Assembly: GCA_023386345.1 (NCBI GenBank)
Contig: JAEWJT010000004.1
Span: 318,485-382,484 of the forward strand
Direction: 5' to 3'
DNA: 64,000 nt
From: Bacillota bacterium
Lineage (GTDB): Bacteria; Bacillota; Clostridia; Tissierellales; Sedimentibacteraceae
In this document: positions 28,047-38,486 of the stretch, one piece after another
Numbering within the stretch: position 1 is the stretch's first letter
Layout of the letters: each line of letters opens with the position of its first letter
The notes under the pieces: model-generated
The model's input: the letters and a program-made list of their open reading frames with translations, nothing else
Database searches by the model: none
What the model was told of the DNA's origin: nothing
Position numbers and translations under genes: made by a program

Positions 28047-28238
28047 ATGAATTTTGAAAGCTTTGAAGAAGCTATGGAAGTTTTAAAGGTTGCGGTTGAT
28101 GAATTTGACAATGGAAAGCATATGAATTTAGATGATTTAATCGAAAATTATGAAAAAGGTATACTTGCATATAATTATTGCATTAAAAAGCTTGAGGAAA
28201 CACAGAATAGAATAAAAATAATAGATGGCAAGGAATAA
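28047..28238 (+). CDS. xseB: exodeoxyribonuclease VII small subunit
   Basis: ATG 28047 follows AAGGAG. The 63-aa helical protein MNFESFEEAMEVLKVAVDEF... is typical of XseB. Confidence 0.9.
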   Translation: MNFESFEEAMEVLKVAVDEFDNGKHMNLDDLIENYEKGILAYNYCIKKLEETQNRIKIIDGKE

Positions 28239-28245
28239 ATAGCAA

Positions 28246-29049
28246 ATGGACAGATTAGATGTTTTGATGTTTAATTTAGGACTAGCTAAGAGCAGAGAAA
28301 AAGCTAAGCAAATGATAATTTCAAATACAGTCCATGTAAATGGTATATTAGTAAATAAGCCAAGTGCAGTATTTGATGAGCAATGTGAAATAAAGATTGA
28401 TTTACCAGAAGTTGAATTTGTAAGCCGTGCAGCATTTAAGCTAAAAAAAGCAGTAGAAGAATTTAATATAGACTTAAAAGATAAAGTTTGCGTTGATGTA
28501 GGTGCTTCTACAGGGGGCTTTACTGATTTTATGCTTAAAAATGGCTGTGCCTTAGTGTATGCAATAGACTCAGGGCGAGATCAATTAGCAGATACTTTGT
28601 TAAATGATAAAAGAGTTATATCAATGGAGAGGACAAACTTTAGATATATTGATGTGGGGATATTTAAAGAAAAAATTGATTTTGTCTGTGTTGATGTTTC
28701 CTTTATATCTTTAGAGCTAATAATACCTAAGATTGTCGAAATTTGTAATGAAAACACAGATATTGTAGCCTTAGTTAAACCACAATTCGAGGCTGGTAAA
28801 GGTAATGTAGGTAAGAATGGAATTGTAAAAGATAAAAAAATGCACATTAGTATACTTGAAAAAGTATATAGATATTTTTTTGATAATAAATTATTTATAA
28901 ATAATATTATTTACTCTCCGATTACTGGTGGAGATGGAAACATAGAATATCTTGTCCATGTAAGATGCGACAAGATAAATACTACTTTTGAAAATAATCT
29001 ACATGAGATAATTAAAAAAATAACAAATGAATCTTTTAAAAGTCTATAA
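28246..29049 (+). CDS. tlyA: TlyA-family rRNA 2'-O-methyltransferase (S4 plus FtsJ domains)
   Basis: S4-like N-terminus RLDVLMFNLGLAKSREKAKQMI. SAM motif VDVGASTGGFTD. Confidence 0.92.
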   Translation: MDRLDVLMFNLGLAKSREKAKQMIISNTVHVNGILVNKPSAVFDEQCEIKIDLPEVEFVSRAAFKLKKAVEEFNIDLKDKVCVDVGASTGGFTDFMLKNGCALVYAIDSGRDQLADTLLNDKRVISMERTNFRYIDVGIFKEKIDFVCVDVSFISLELIIPKIVEICNENTDIVALVKPQFEAGKGNVGKNGIVKDKKMHISILEKVYRYFFDNKLFINNIIYSPITGGDGNIEYLVHVRCDKINTTFENNLHEIIKKITNESFKSL

Positions 29050-29174
29050 GTTTTTGGAGAGACTTTTAAGTCATTTTGAAAAAATACTTTAGTAGCTCAG
29101 CAGAGCTAAAAAATATATTATAATACAAAATAACATTATTTTATTGTTATAGGAGAAAGGAAAATAAGAAAAAA

Positions 29175-29627
29175 ATGAAAAAATACACAAGACAATTAAA
29201 AATTTTAGAGATGATAACATCATCGGAGATTGAAACACAAGAGGAATTAGCAGATGGTCTAAAGGCTATAAATATTGATGTTACTCAAGCTACAATTTCA
29301 AGAGATATTAAAGAACTTAGACTCATCAAAACTGTGTCAAAAAGCGGCAAGCAAAAATATGCAACAATTGCGCAAAGTCAAGAAGGCATAGCTGAAAGAT
29401 TAAACAAAATGTTTGAAAATTCAGTTGTTTCAATTGATGATGCTATGAACATAATCATAGTTAAAACAATACCTGGAGCAGCGCAAATATGTGCTTCAGC
29501 TATCGATTATATGGGATTAGAAAATGTAGCTGGCACTTTAGCTGGTAATGACAGTGTATTTGTTGCTATAAAAAGTTTAGAAGCTGTAGAAGATATAATG
29601 GAAGAATTCAGAAAAGTTATAAGATAA
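29175..29627 (+). CDS. argR: arginine repressor
   Basis: Winged-helix TQATISRDIKELRL. C-terminal GTLAGNDSVFV oligomerisation and arginine-binding motif. Confidence 0.95.
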   Translation: MKKYTRQLKILEMITSSEIETQEELADGLKAINIDVTQATISRDIKELRLIKTVSKSGKQKYATIAQSQEGIAERLNKMFENSVVSIDDAMNIIIVKTIPGAAQICASAIDYMGLENVAGTLAGNDSVFVAIKSLEAVEDIMEEFRKVIR

Positions 29628-29647
29628 GCTATTTGGGAGAATATTTT

Positions 29648-31327
29648 ATGTTATTGAATTTAAGTATAAAAAATTTAGCTGTTTTTAAGGATGTATCGAT
29701 TGATTTTACTAAAGGCTTCAATATTATCACAGGAGAAACTGGAGCGGGAAAATCTATTTTGATTGAAGCTTTGTTTTTAATCATTGGCTCAAGAGCAAGC
29801 AAGGAACTGATAAGAAAAGATTGCAAAAGCGCTTTTTTAAGTGCTGCATTTGATATTTATAAAAATATAAAGGCAAGTAAATTTTTAAATGAAAATAACA
29901 TATTTATTGAAGATGATGATTTTCTTATAATTTCAAGAGAACTTTTAGATACTGGAAAAAGTATAAACAAAATAAATAACAATGTAGTATCTATAAATAT
30001 ATTGAAAGAGCTAGGAATTTTTCTTTTAGATATATATGGACAATTTGAACAGCAATATATTTATAAGAAAGAAAATCATATTATTTTATTGGACAACTTA
30101 ATTAATAAAGAAATTACTCCAGTTTTATCTGAATATGAATTGCTTTATAGTACGTATCGAAGAAAACTGTCAGAAATAGACAATTTGACGGACAAGCTAT
30201 ATAATAAAGATAAAAAATTAGAGCAGTATAGCTACGAGATAAATGAGATAGAAGAAGCATCCTTGCAGGAGGATGAAGAAGATAATTTGATTAAGGAGCT
30301 TAAAAAACTATCAAATATGAAAGAAATACAAGCTTCTTTGTTCGAAATTGAAAAGAAACTTGTAAAAAATGATAATTCTGCTATAAATAATATCAATAGC
30401 TCATATAGCTTATTAAATAAAATTAAAAATTATGATGATAATATAAATAAATATATTGAAAGATTTGATTTTATAATAGACGAACTGCAAGATTTAGGCT
30501 TTGATATAATTGATTATTCTGACAATTTAGAACTTGATAATCAAAGATTAGAAGAGATTGAGGACAGAATTTCTCTTATAAATAGCTTAAAGAGAAAATA
30601 TGGTTATAATATAAGTAAAATCAATGAATATAAGGAAAGTGTTCAAAACGAATACAATATACTGCTTGATGCTGAAAGTAAATTAAATTCATTAAATAAA
30701 GAATTGCAGTCTACAAAAACTGCTTTAACGAAAACAGCTTTTACAATGACTAATTTAAGAAAAAATGCAGCAGATTTTCTTGAGAAAAATATGGCAGTAG
30801 AACTAGAAGATTTAAATATGAAAAATATTCAGTTTAAAGTTAAATTTGATGCTAAAAGTGATTTTTCACCAAATGGATTAGATGACATTGAATTTTTAAT
30901 GTCAACTAATGCCGGAGCTGACTTAAATGCTATACATAAAATAGTTTCTGGTGGTGAAGCATCAAGAATAATGCTTGCTATAAAGAAATTAAGCTGTGAT
31001 AATGACTTTATTACCAGTTTAGTTTTTGATGAAATAGATACTGGAATTAGTGGGAAAACTTCACAAATGGCAGGAAATAAGATGAAATTTATTTCAAAAA
31101 ATAGCCAGGTTATATGTGTAACTCACTCTCCGCAAATTGCTTCAATATCTGATAATCATTTTATGATAGAGAAAAACAGCTCGTCAAATGAAACGATAAG
31201 TGTTGTAAAAAAATTAAATGATAACGAAAAAATTAATGAAATTGCAAGACTTTTAAGCGGTATGAATATAACGCAAAAATCCTTAAATAACGCAAAGGAA
31301 CTAATTGAATCTAATAAAAATGGTTAA
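29648..31327 (+). CDS. recN: DNA repair protein RecN
   Basis: ATG 29648 follows GGGAG. Walker A GETGAGKSI, long coiled coil, signature SGGE, Walker B LVFDEIDTG. Confidence 0.95.
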   Translation: MLLNLSIKNLAVFKDVSIDFTKGFNIITGETGAGKSILIEALFLIIGSRASKELIRKDCKSAFLSAAFDIYKNIKASKFLNENNIFIEDDDFLIISRELLDTGKSINKINNNVVSINILKELGIFLLDIYGQFEQQYIYKKENHIILLDNLINKEITPVLSEYELLYSTYRRKLSEIDNLTDKLYNKDKKLEQYSYEINEIEEASLQEDEEDNLIKELKKLSNMKEIQASLFEIEKKLVKNDNSAINNINSSYSLLNKIKNYDDNINKYIERFDFIIDELQDLGFDIIDYSDNLELDNQRLEEIEDRISLINSLKRKYGYNISKINEYKESVQNEYNILLDAESKLNSLNKELQSTKTALTKTAFTMTNLRKNAADFLEKNMAVELEDLNMKNIQFKVKFDAKSDFSPNGLDDIEFLMSTNAGADLNAIHKIVSGGEASRIMLAIKKLSCDNDFITSLVFDEIDTGISGKTSQMAGNKMKFISKNSQVICVTHSPQIASISDNHFMIEKNSSSNETISVVKKLNDNEKINEIARLLSGMNITQKSLNNAKELIESNKNG

Positions 31328-31473
31328 TTTTATGATATAAAAAATTTTTAAATCTAAAGATTTTAAATTTTTATTTAAAATCTCAAATAAATTAGAGTTT
31401 TGTAGCTTTTAGACAATAGAATAATAAAATTTATAATGGTTAAATTAAAATTAAAATTTTTAAGGAGTGTGTG

Positions 31474-32574
31474 ATGAAACATTTTAAAGGAAAAATTTTA
31501 ATTTTAATAACCATAATTTGCGTTATAATTGGAACGGTATATTTTTTTGATAATAATTTAAAAGTTTCTTATAAATATTTTAATCCCTTTATCACTGATG
31601 AAGAGGTTAGTTTTGAAAAACGTTATGTAATACCTGGAGGGCAAACTATTGGAGTTGAGCTAAAAACAAAGGGTATTCTAGTAGTTGGGCTTGCTGATGT
31701 TGTAAATAATAATAAAATTTCTATATCTCCAGCAAAAGATGCTGGGATGCACATAGGCGATAAAATTATATCTGTTGATAATAACCCAGTATCTAAAACG
31801 ACAGATTTTATATCTTATGTAAAATCTAAGGGAATAAAAGAATATAATATTGAAGTTGAGAGAAATGGTGATAAAATACAGCTTTTGATGACTCCGGTAA
31901 AAAGGTATGAGGCTAATGATATTATTTTTGGATTTTGGGCAAGAGATAATATAGCAGGTATAGGAACAATAACCTATATTGACCCAGAGACTAGAGCATA
32001 TTCAGCAGTAGGTCATGGAATAACTGACTCAGACACCAAAAAGCTTATAGATATTGATTACGGATTAATTTCAAAGGCAAATATTACAAACATAAAATCT
32101 GGTAAAAGAGGCGAACCGGGTGAGATTGTAGGCTATATCTTAAAAGATGAGAATAGGCTTGGAACTGTAAGAAAAAACACTTCTTTTGGAGTTGTGGGAG
32201 AAATCGACGAAAAGAGCATGACATATTTTTCAAATAGCTTAATAGAAATTGGCAATAAGGATGATGTCGAAATCGGTCCTGCAAAGATATTGGCTTGCTT
32301 AGACCACGAAATTAAGGAGTACAATATAGAAATTATAAAGACATATTATCAAAGCAAGGCTACTGATAAAAGCTTTATAATCAGAATAGTTGACAAAGAA
32401 TTATTATCATTGACAAATGGAATAATTCAAGGAATGAGTGGCTGCCCTATCATACAAAATGGAAAGCTAATAGGAGCTGTAACTCATGTATTTATGAATG
32501 ACCCTTCTAAAGGTTATGGAATTTATGCACAGTGGCTTTTTGATGAAAATACTCGTAAAAAATCCGACCTATAG
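31474..32574 (+). CDS. spoIVB: SpoIVB peptidase (S55) with PDZ domain
   Basis: TM anchor, PDZ (GDKIISVDNNPV), catalytic region GIIQGMSGCPII. It lies between recN and spo0A as in Bacillus and Clostridium. Confidence 0.92.
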   Translation: MKHFKGKILILITIICVIIGTVYFFDNNLKVSYKYFNPFITDEEVSFEKRYVIPGGQTIGVELKTKGILVVGLADVVNNNKISISPAKDAGMHIGDKIISVDNNPVSKTTDFISYVKSKGIKEYNIEVERNGDKIQLLMTPVKRYEANDIIFGFWARDNIAGIGTITYIDPETRAYSAVGHGITDSDTKKLIDIDYGLISKANITNIKSGKRGEPGEIVGYILKDENRLGTVRKNTSFGVVGEIDEKSMTYFSNSLIEIGNKDDVEIGPAKILACLDHEIKEYNIEIIKTYYQSKATDKSFIIRIVDKELLSLTNGIIQGMSGCPIIQNGKLIGAVTHVFMNDPSKGYGIYAQWLFDENTRKKSDL

Positions 32575-32698
32575 GAATAAAATTTAAAGGGAATTATCTT
32601 ATTTTGGCGTATAATATATTACAGACAAAATGTGATAGCTATTTATAATATTGCTTGTAAAATTATAGCGAGCATAAAAAATCAGGGGGGTTATAATC

Positions 32699-33493
32699 AT
32701 GGAAGAGATGGTAAAGGTTGTCATATCAGATGACAATAAGGAATTTAGAGGAGTATTAAAGGACTTTTTAGCAACAAAAAATCTATTTGATGTAGTTGCG
32801 ACAGCAGATGATGGTATCAAAGCAGTTCAGGCTGTTGAAAAATTTGAGCCGGACGTTTTGATACTAGACATTATAATGCCTCATTTAGATGGATTAGGAG
32901 TTCTTGAGAGACTTCACAAGACTCAGTTAAGAAAATTTCCAAAGGTAATTATTTTATCTGCAGTTGGTCATGATAAAATCACACAAAGAGCAATCAGTAT
33001 GGGTGTTGATTATTATATAGTTAAGCCTTTTAACTTTGATTCATTCTCAGATAGATTGCTGCAGGTTTCTGGATTTGAAACACCTAAGATGCTTTCAAGA
33101 AACAAAGAAATGCTTTATAACGATATTGTAGAAAAGAAATTTAGCTTAGAATCAAAGATAACTGAGATATTGAGGGAAGTGGGGGTTCCAGCACATATTA
33201 AAGGTTACCAGTATTTAAGAACATCAATTATTGAAGTAGTAAATAATATAGAGCTTCTAGGAGCTATAACAAAAGAGTTATATCCAGGTATTGCATCAAG
33301 ATACTCAACGACTCCAAGCAGAGTAGAAAGAGCTATAAGGCATGCTATAGAGGTTGCGTGCAACAGAGGCAGGATTGAGACTATCAACAGTATTTTTGGA
33401 TATACTATACATAACAATAAAGGTAAACCAACAAATAGTGAGTTCATTGCTATGATAGCTGATAAGTTAAGACTTGAGCAAAGAGTATCATAG
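32699..33493 (+). CDS. spo0A: sporulation master regulator Spo0A
   Basis: Receiver domain ([14 protein letters not shown]). Diagnostic Spo0A C-terminal DNA-binding block [15 protein letters not shown]. Confidence 0.97.
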   Translation: MEEMVKVVISDDNKEFRGVLKDFLATKNLFDVVATADDGIKAVQAVEKFEPDVLILDIIMPHLDGLGVLERLHKTQLRKFPKVIILSAVGHDKITQRAISMGVDYYIVKPFNFDSFSDRLLQVSGFETPKMLSRNKEMLYNDIVEKKFSLESKITEILREVGVPAHIKGYQYLRTSIIEVVNNIELLGAITKELYPGIASRYSTTPSRVERAIRHAIEVACNRGRIETINSIFGYTIHNNKGKPTNSEFIAMIADKLRLEQRVS

Positions 33494-33571
33494 TGTATGG
33501 AAAGTGCTAATTCCATTGGACAATAATTGTTAGGAATTTTATGAAATGGATTAGTGTATGAGGAGGACAAA

Positions 33572-34090
33572 TTGAACGAGGAAATTACTGTTAGTAGTGA
33601 AAAAATATATGATGGCAAAATAATTAATTTAAGAATAGATACAGTTGAGTTGCCAAATAAAAAATATACTAAAAGGGAAATTGTGGAGCATAAAGGAGCA
33701 GCAGCAATTATTGCATTAGATGAGGATAATAAAATTATCTTGGTAAAGCAGTATCGTAAGGCTGTTGAGGATTTTTTATATGAGGTGCCAGCTGGCAAAC
33801 TTGAATTAAACGAGGAGCCGCTAAATTGTGCAAGTAGAGAACTTGTTGAAGAAACGGGGTATTGCGCAAATAAAATTGAAAAATTAACAGAATTTTATAC
33901 ATGTCCTGGATTTTGCAATGAAAAAATACATTTATTTAAGGCAACTGAATTAAAACAGGTAGAAACTAATTTAGATGATGATGAGTTTATTGAAATAATA
34001 AAGGTAAGCATTGATGAAGCAAAGGAAATGATAAAGCAAAATAAAATTGTCGATGCTAAGACACAAATAGCAATTTTTAACTTATTCTAA
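33572..34090 (+). CDS. nudF: ADP-ribose pyrophosphatase (Nudix)
   Basis: Nudix box GKLELNEEPLNCASRELVEETG. TTG 33572 lies 5 nt after GAGGAGG; GTG 33554 is an alternative. Confidence 0.88.
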   Translation: MNEEITVSSEKIYDGKIINLRIDTVELPNKKYTKREIVEHKGAAAIIALDEDNKIILVKQYRKAVEDFLYEVPAGKLELNEEPLNCASRELVEETGYCANKIEKLTEFYTCPGFCNEKIHLFKATELKQVETNLDDDEFIEIIKVSIDEAKEMIKQNKIVDAKTQIAIFNLF

Positions 34091-34230
34091 CAGTAAGAAT
34101 TCTATAGTATATGTAAATTTTTATAGAATAAGTTCACTTATAGTAATTAATCCTTCTGTACAAGCATAAATAATTAATAGTATTAATATAAAATATTAAT
34201 ACAAAGTTGTGCTGTACAGGAGGATTTTTT

Positions 34231-34770
34231 ATGAATAAGAATTTGATGGTTTTAGCTATTTTATTTATCTTGTCACTCATAATATCTGCTTTGATTTTTA
34301 ATTTTATGGAGCAAAATAATATTTCTACAAAAATAAACTATGAAAGTCTTAAGGAATATAGTTTTTTAAGCTTATTTTTAGAAAGTCTCAAAAAAAATAT
34401 TATATATTTTATTTTAATAATGGCTTTGTCATTATTTGGGCTTAGATTGATGATATACGCGGGTTTTTCGCTTATTTCAATAATATATGGAATTTCAATG
34501 ATTTATCTTGTAAAAATAGTATCTGGTGATATGTTATATTTAGTTTTAAATTTTACAGATTATTTAATATACTTCCCTATATTAGTTTATTTTACATACA
34601 ATTCTATTTTATTATCAAAAAATATAAAAAAAATAAAGACTAATTTAAGAAAAATTGATATAATAGTAAAAAAACATATAAGCTTTTCAGTTTTATCTAT
34701 ATCCTTAGTTATAATATACTCTTTAGTTCATAGTTTTTGGATATATATAATTCTTTCATTAAAAAATTAA
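34231..34770 (+). CDS. spoIIM: polytopic membrane protein, probably stage II sporulation protein M
   Basis: ATG 34231 follows AGGAGGA. About 5 TM segments. Position between nudF and xerD matches SpoIIM synteny. The sequence-level assignment is weak. Confidence 0.5.
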   Translation: MNKNLMVLAILFILSLIISALIFNFMEQNNISTKINYESLKEYSFLSLFLESLKKNIIYFILIMALSLFGLRLMIYAGFSLISIIYGISMIYLVKIVSGDMLYLVLNFTDYLIYFPILVYFTYNSILLSKNIKKIKTNLRKIDIIVKKHISFSVLSISLVIIYSLVHSFWIYIILSLKN

Positions 34771-34866
34771 GAAAGCTTATTAATACTAAACGCAGAGATG
34801 TTTTTTACTGGCCAAGCATATAGAATAGCGATAAACGCTAGCTCAAAGAAAGGAATGTAGTATAAA

Positions 34867-35766
34867 TTGGAAAAAACATTTGATAATTATATAAATAAGC
34901 TAAGGTCTAAAAAACTGAGCGAAAATACGATAAATTCATATATAAGTGATATAAAAGCTTTTGTGTCATACATAGAAACAGAATATACTGCCTTCTACCT
35001 TGAGGTTAAAAAGACTCAAGTTTTGACTTATCTCGTTGACTTGCAGAAAAAGGGGAAAAGCTCCTCAACTATTGCAAGGAATATTTCTTCACTTAAAAAC
35101 TTTTACGATTTTCTGAGAGAGGAAAGAATTATTATTGAAAATCCAATACAAAATATTCATAGTCCAAGGCAGATAAAAAAAGCACCTATGACACTAAGTG
35201 AAGCCGAGATAATAAAGCTTATGAATTTGCCGGATACCAATACTTTTAAGGGAAGCAGAGATAGTGCCATGCTTGAATTATTATATTCTTCAGGTATAAA
35301 AGTTACAGAATTGATAAATATTAAGCTTGATGATATAATTTTTAATGCTTCTATTATACTAATAGGAAAAAATGGTGAAGATAAATCTTTAACAACAAAA
35401 AGCAGAGCAGTTCCGATAGGAAAAATTGCTTTAAATGCAATTAATGATTATATAAGCAAATTTAGGGTAAATAAATGTAAAGAGGATTTTAACTATTTGT
35501 TTATTAATAGTAGTGGAGAAGCATTGACAAGACAGGGAGTTTGGAAGATACTCAAATATTATGAAAGAAAGCTAGAAATAAATCATGAGCTTTCACCACA
35601 GGTTTTAAGAAACTCATTTGCAGTGCATTTGTTAAATAATGGTGCAGATATAGCTTCAGTGCAGGAATTGATGGGGCATAAGAATATAACAGCAATGCAA
35701 AATTATTTGCAGGCTACACAGCAAAAATCACTAGATACATTTAAAAACCTGCACCCAAGGGCATAG
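34867..35766 (+). CDS. xerD: tyrosine recombinase XerD
   Basis: TTG start. SAM-like N-domain. Catalytic R...HxxR...Y context (LRNSFAVHLL, ELMGHKNITAMQNY). Confidence 0.9.
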   Translation: MEKTFDNYINKLRSKKLSENTINSYISDIKAFVSYIETEYTAFYLEVKKTQVLTYLVDLQKKGKSSSTIARNISSLKNFYDFLREERIIIENPIQNIHSPRQIKKAPMTLSEAEIIKLMNLPDTNTFKGSRDSAMLELLYSSGIKVTELINIKLDDIIFNASIILIGKNGEDKSLTTKSRAVPIGKIALNAINDYISKFRVNKCKEDFNYLFINSSGEALTRQGVWKILKYYERKLEINHELSPQVLRNSFAVHLLNNGADIASVQELMGHKNITAMQNYLQATQQKSLDTFKNLHPRA

Positions 35767-35852
35767 TGATTTCTTAAATAAACAATTAAACCTTTGCTAT
35801 AAAAAAGCTAAACAAGTTTAACTATAAAATTAAAAAAACTAGGAGGATAAAA

Positions 35853-37028
35853 ATGATAAACAGAGTAATATTAATAGTTTTAGACAGTGTTGGAATTGGG
35901 GAATTGCCTGATGCACATTTGTTTAATGATGAAGGAAGTAACACAGTAGGAAATATCTATAAAAGCATTAAGGGATTTAATTTACCTAAATTAGAACAAC
36001 TTGGACTGTTGAATATAGAAGGACTTAAAGATTTAAATACAAATAATGGAAAAGCTTTAGCGTCCTTTGGAAGGGCTGCTGAAAAATCAATGGGTAAGGA
36101 TACTACAACAGGTCATTGGGAAATGAGCGGTATCATTTTACCTCAAGCATTTCCAACATATTCAAATGGATTTCCAAAGGAAGTTGTAGAAGAATTTGAA
36201 AAAAGAACCGGCAGAAAGGTTATTGGAAATTGTGTTGCCTCAGGAACTGAAATTATACAAAGACTTGGGGATGAGCATGTAAATACTGGAGCATTTATAG
36301 TTTATACTTCAGCAGACAGTGTATTCCAAATAGCTGCACATGAAGATGTAGTATCTCTTGATGAACTATATAAAGCTTGTCAAATCGCAAGAGATATGCT
36401 TCAAGGAGAACATGCAGTAGGTCGTGTAATAGCAAGACCTTTTGTTGGAACATCGGGAGAGTATAAAAGAACTGAAAACAGGAGAGATTTTTCATTAGAG
36501 CCTATAAAAAATACAATGCTTGACTATTTGTCTGAAAAAGGTTTTATGACCTATGCTATAGGCAAAATTGAAGATATATTTGCCAATAAGGGGATAAATA
36601 AAGCAGAGCATACTAAAAACAATCAAGAAGGTATAGAAGCCACAATTGCGGCAATAAAAGAAAATACTTCTGGTATAATATTTACAAATTTAGTTGATTT
36701 TGATATGTTATATGGACATAGAAATGATGCTGTTGGATACGGAAATGCCTTAAAGCATTTTGACAGCTATTTAGAGGAGATTAAGAGCTTGTTAAAGGAT
36801 GATGATGTCTTGATAATTACAGCAGATCATGGCTGTGATCCTACAACTCCAAGCACAGATCATTCAAGAGAATATATTCCAGTTTTATTCTATGGAAGCA
36901 AAATTAAAGAAAACAATGATTTAGGAACGCTCGACACCTATGCTTGTATAGGAAAGACAATTCTTGATATGTTTAATATTGATAATGATTTGGATGGATA
37001 TAGCGTTAAGGATAAGATTTTTAAATAA
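35853..37028 (+). CDS. deoB: phosphopentomutase
   Basis: N-terminal [13 protein letters not shown] and C-terminal ADHGCDPT metal-binding motifs. Confidence 0.96.
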   Translation: MINRVILIVLDSVGIGELPDAHLFNDEGSNTVGNIYKSIKGFNLPKLEQLGLLNIEGLKDLNTNNGKALASFGRAAEKSMGKDTTTGHWEMSGIILPQAFPTYSNGFPKEVVEEFEKRTGRKVIGNCVASGTEIIQRLGDEHVNTGAFIVYTSADSVFQIAAHEDVVSLDELYKACQIARDMLQGEHAVGRVIARPFVGTSGEYKRTENRRDFSLEPIKNTMLDYLSEKGFMTYAIGKIEDIFANKGINKAEHTKNNQEGIEATIAAIKENTSGIIFTNLVDFDMLYGHRNDAVGYGNALKHFDSYLEEIKSLLKDDDVLIITADHGCDPTTPSTDHSREYIPVLFYGSKIKENNDLGTLDTYACIGKTILDMFNIDNDLDGYSVKDKIFK

Positions 37029-37051
37029 TAATTAGTTGGAGGTTACGTACT

Positions 37052-38383
37052 ATGCGTATGTATGATATTATTAATAATAAAAAGAACAATAAAGTACTAA
37101 CTAAAGAAGAAATTTGTTTTTTCATTGAAGGCTATGTTAAAAATGAGATACCTGATTATCAAGTATCAGCACTTTTAATGGCTATATGCTTAAATGATAT
37201 AAATTTAGATGAAATATTTTATTTGACAGAAGCTATGATAAATTCTGGAGATACAATAGATTTGAGCAATATCGATGGTATTACAATAGATAAGCACAGT
37301 ACAGGAGGAGTAGGTGATAAAACCTCACTATCACTTCTTCCGATGCTTGCTGCCTGTGGTTTAAAAGGCTCTAAAATGTCTGGCAGAGGTTTAGGGCATA
37401 CAGGTGGAACTTTAGATAAATTAGAGGCTATTGATGGCTTTAATATCAATATTTCTGATAAACGAGCGAGTGATATTATCAATGAAAATAATTTTATTAT
37501 TTGCGGACAGACACTAAATCTTGTTCCTGCTGATAAAAAGCTTTATGCTCTTAGAGATGTTACAGCAACTGTTGACAATATAGGACTAATTGCTTCGAGC
37601 ATAATGTCTAAAAAAATTGCATCAGGTGCTAAAAATATCGTTTTGGATGTTAAGCTTGGAAGCGGAGCATTTATGAAGGATTTAGAAAGTGCTATAAAAT
37701 TATCTGAAACAATGGTAAATATTGGAGAAAGATTTGGAAAAAATATAAGAGCAATCATAACGAATATGGACGAGCCTCTTGGCAAGGCTGTTGGAAACTC
37801 AATAGAAGTAATTGAAGCCATAGAAACCTTAAAGGGAAACGGACCAAATGATTTTGAAAACTTATGTATATTCTTATGTGCTAATCTTCTTGAAATGACA
37901 GGAATTGCAAGCTCACTTGAAAATGGAGAGCAGATTGCAAAAGAGATAATTGATTCTAAAAGAGCATTGAATAGATTTGAAAAATTTGTTGAATTACAAA
38001 ATGGTGACAACAGGGTAGTGAATGATTATAGCTTGTTTAAGCAGGCTAAATATAAGTTTGATGTTTTATCATTAAATACTGGATATGTTCATGCAATAAA
38101 TGCTGAGATGATTGGAAAGGCTGCGCTTGTAGCAGGTGCTGGCAGAGAGAAAAAAGAGGATAACATAGACTATTCAGCAGGTATTGTGATTAATAAAAAG
38201 GTTAATGATAAAGTAAAAGACGGTGATGTTTTAGCTACTATTTACACAGATAATCAAAGCAAGATTGAAGAAATCAATGCTCAAATTCTAAATGCTTTTA
38301 AAATAAGCGAAGAAAAAAATTATGATGCTAAGCTCATATATGGAATTGTTACAAAAGATGGCTTTATTCCATATAAAAATTAA
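37052..38383 (+). CDS. pdp: pyrimidine-nucleoside (thymidine) phosphorylase
   Basis: DKHSTGGVGDK, SGRGLGHTGGTLDKLE motifs. 443 aa. Confidence 0.96.
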   Translation: MRMYDIINNKKNNKVLTKEEICFFIEGYVKNEIPDYQVSALLMAICLNDINLDEIFYLTEAMINSGDTIDLSNIDGITIDKHSTGGVGDKTSLSLLPMLAACGLKGSKMSGRGLGHTGGTLDKLEAIDGFNINISDKRASDIINENNFIICGQTLNLVPADKKLYALRDVTATVDNIGLIASSIMSKKIASGAKNIVLDVKLGSGAFMKDLESAIKLSETMVNIGERFGKNIRAIITNMDEPLGKAVGNSIEVIEAIETLKGNGPNDFENLCIFLCANLLEMTGIASSLENGEQIAKEIIDSKRALNRFEKFVELQNGDNRVVNDYSLFKQAKYKFDVLSLNTGYVHAINAEMIGKAALVAGAGREKKEDNIDYSAGIVINKKVNDKVKDGDVLATIYTDNQSKIEEINAQILNAFKISEEKNYDAKLIYGIVTKDGFIPYKN

Positions 38384-38486
38384 GTTTTAGTTTGATTTTT
38401 AATTAGATTTTTAAGTTTAAACTTACCAAAAACATTTGAATATTAAAATAAAATATGGATATTATACTTAAAAAGGAGGTCTTTTT

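Noticed and set aside
28246-29049. TlyA, considered as a hemolysin/toxin gene.
   Set aside because: The S4 plus FtsJ-type methyltransferase architecture and its conserved position in the xseAB-tlyA-argR-recN block indicate the rRNA 2'-O-methyltransferase. There is no basis for a virulence call.
32575-32698. Spo0A boxes (TGTCGAA) and a sigmaH promoter upstream of spo0A.
   Set aside because: Only weak partial matches (for example CAGACAA) are present. I could not support a specific site from sequence alone.
33205-33798. A 197-aa reverse-strand ORF overlapping spo0A and nudF.
   Set aside because: It is antisense to the highly conserved Spo0A C-terminal domain, has no RBS and a low-complexity hydrophobic composition. 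It is a shadow ORF.
34867-35766. The tyrosine recombinase, considered as a marker of an integrated mobile element.
   Set aside because: The sequence and context (spoIIM-xerD-deoB, as in B. subtilis ripX) indicate the housekeeping dimer-resolution recombinase XerD. No flanking att-like repeats or phage/ICE genes are present.
37543-38010. A 155-aa reverse-strand ORF inside pdp.
   Set aside because: It is a shadow ORF of the pyrimidine-nucleoside phosphorylase gene, with no start context or recognisable motifs.
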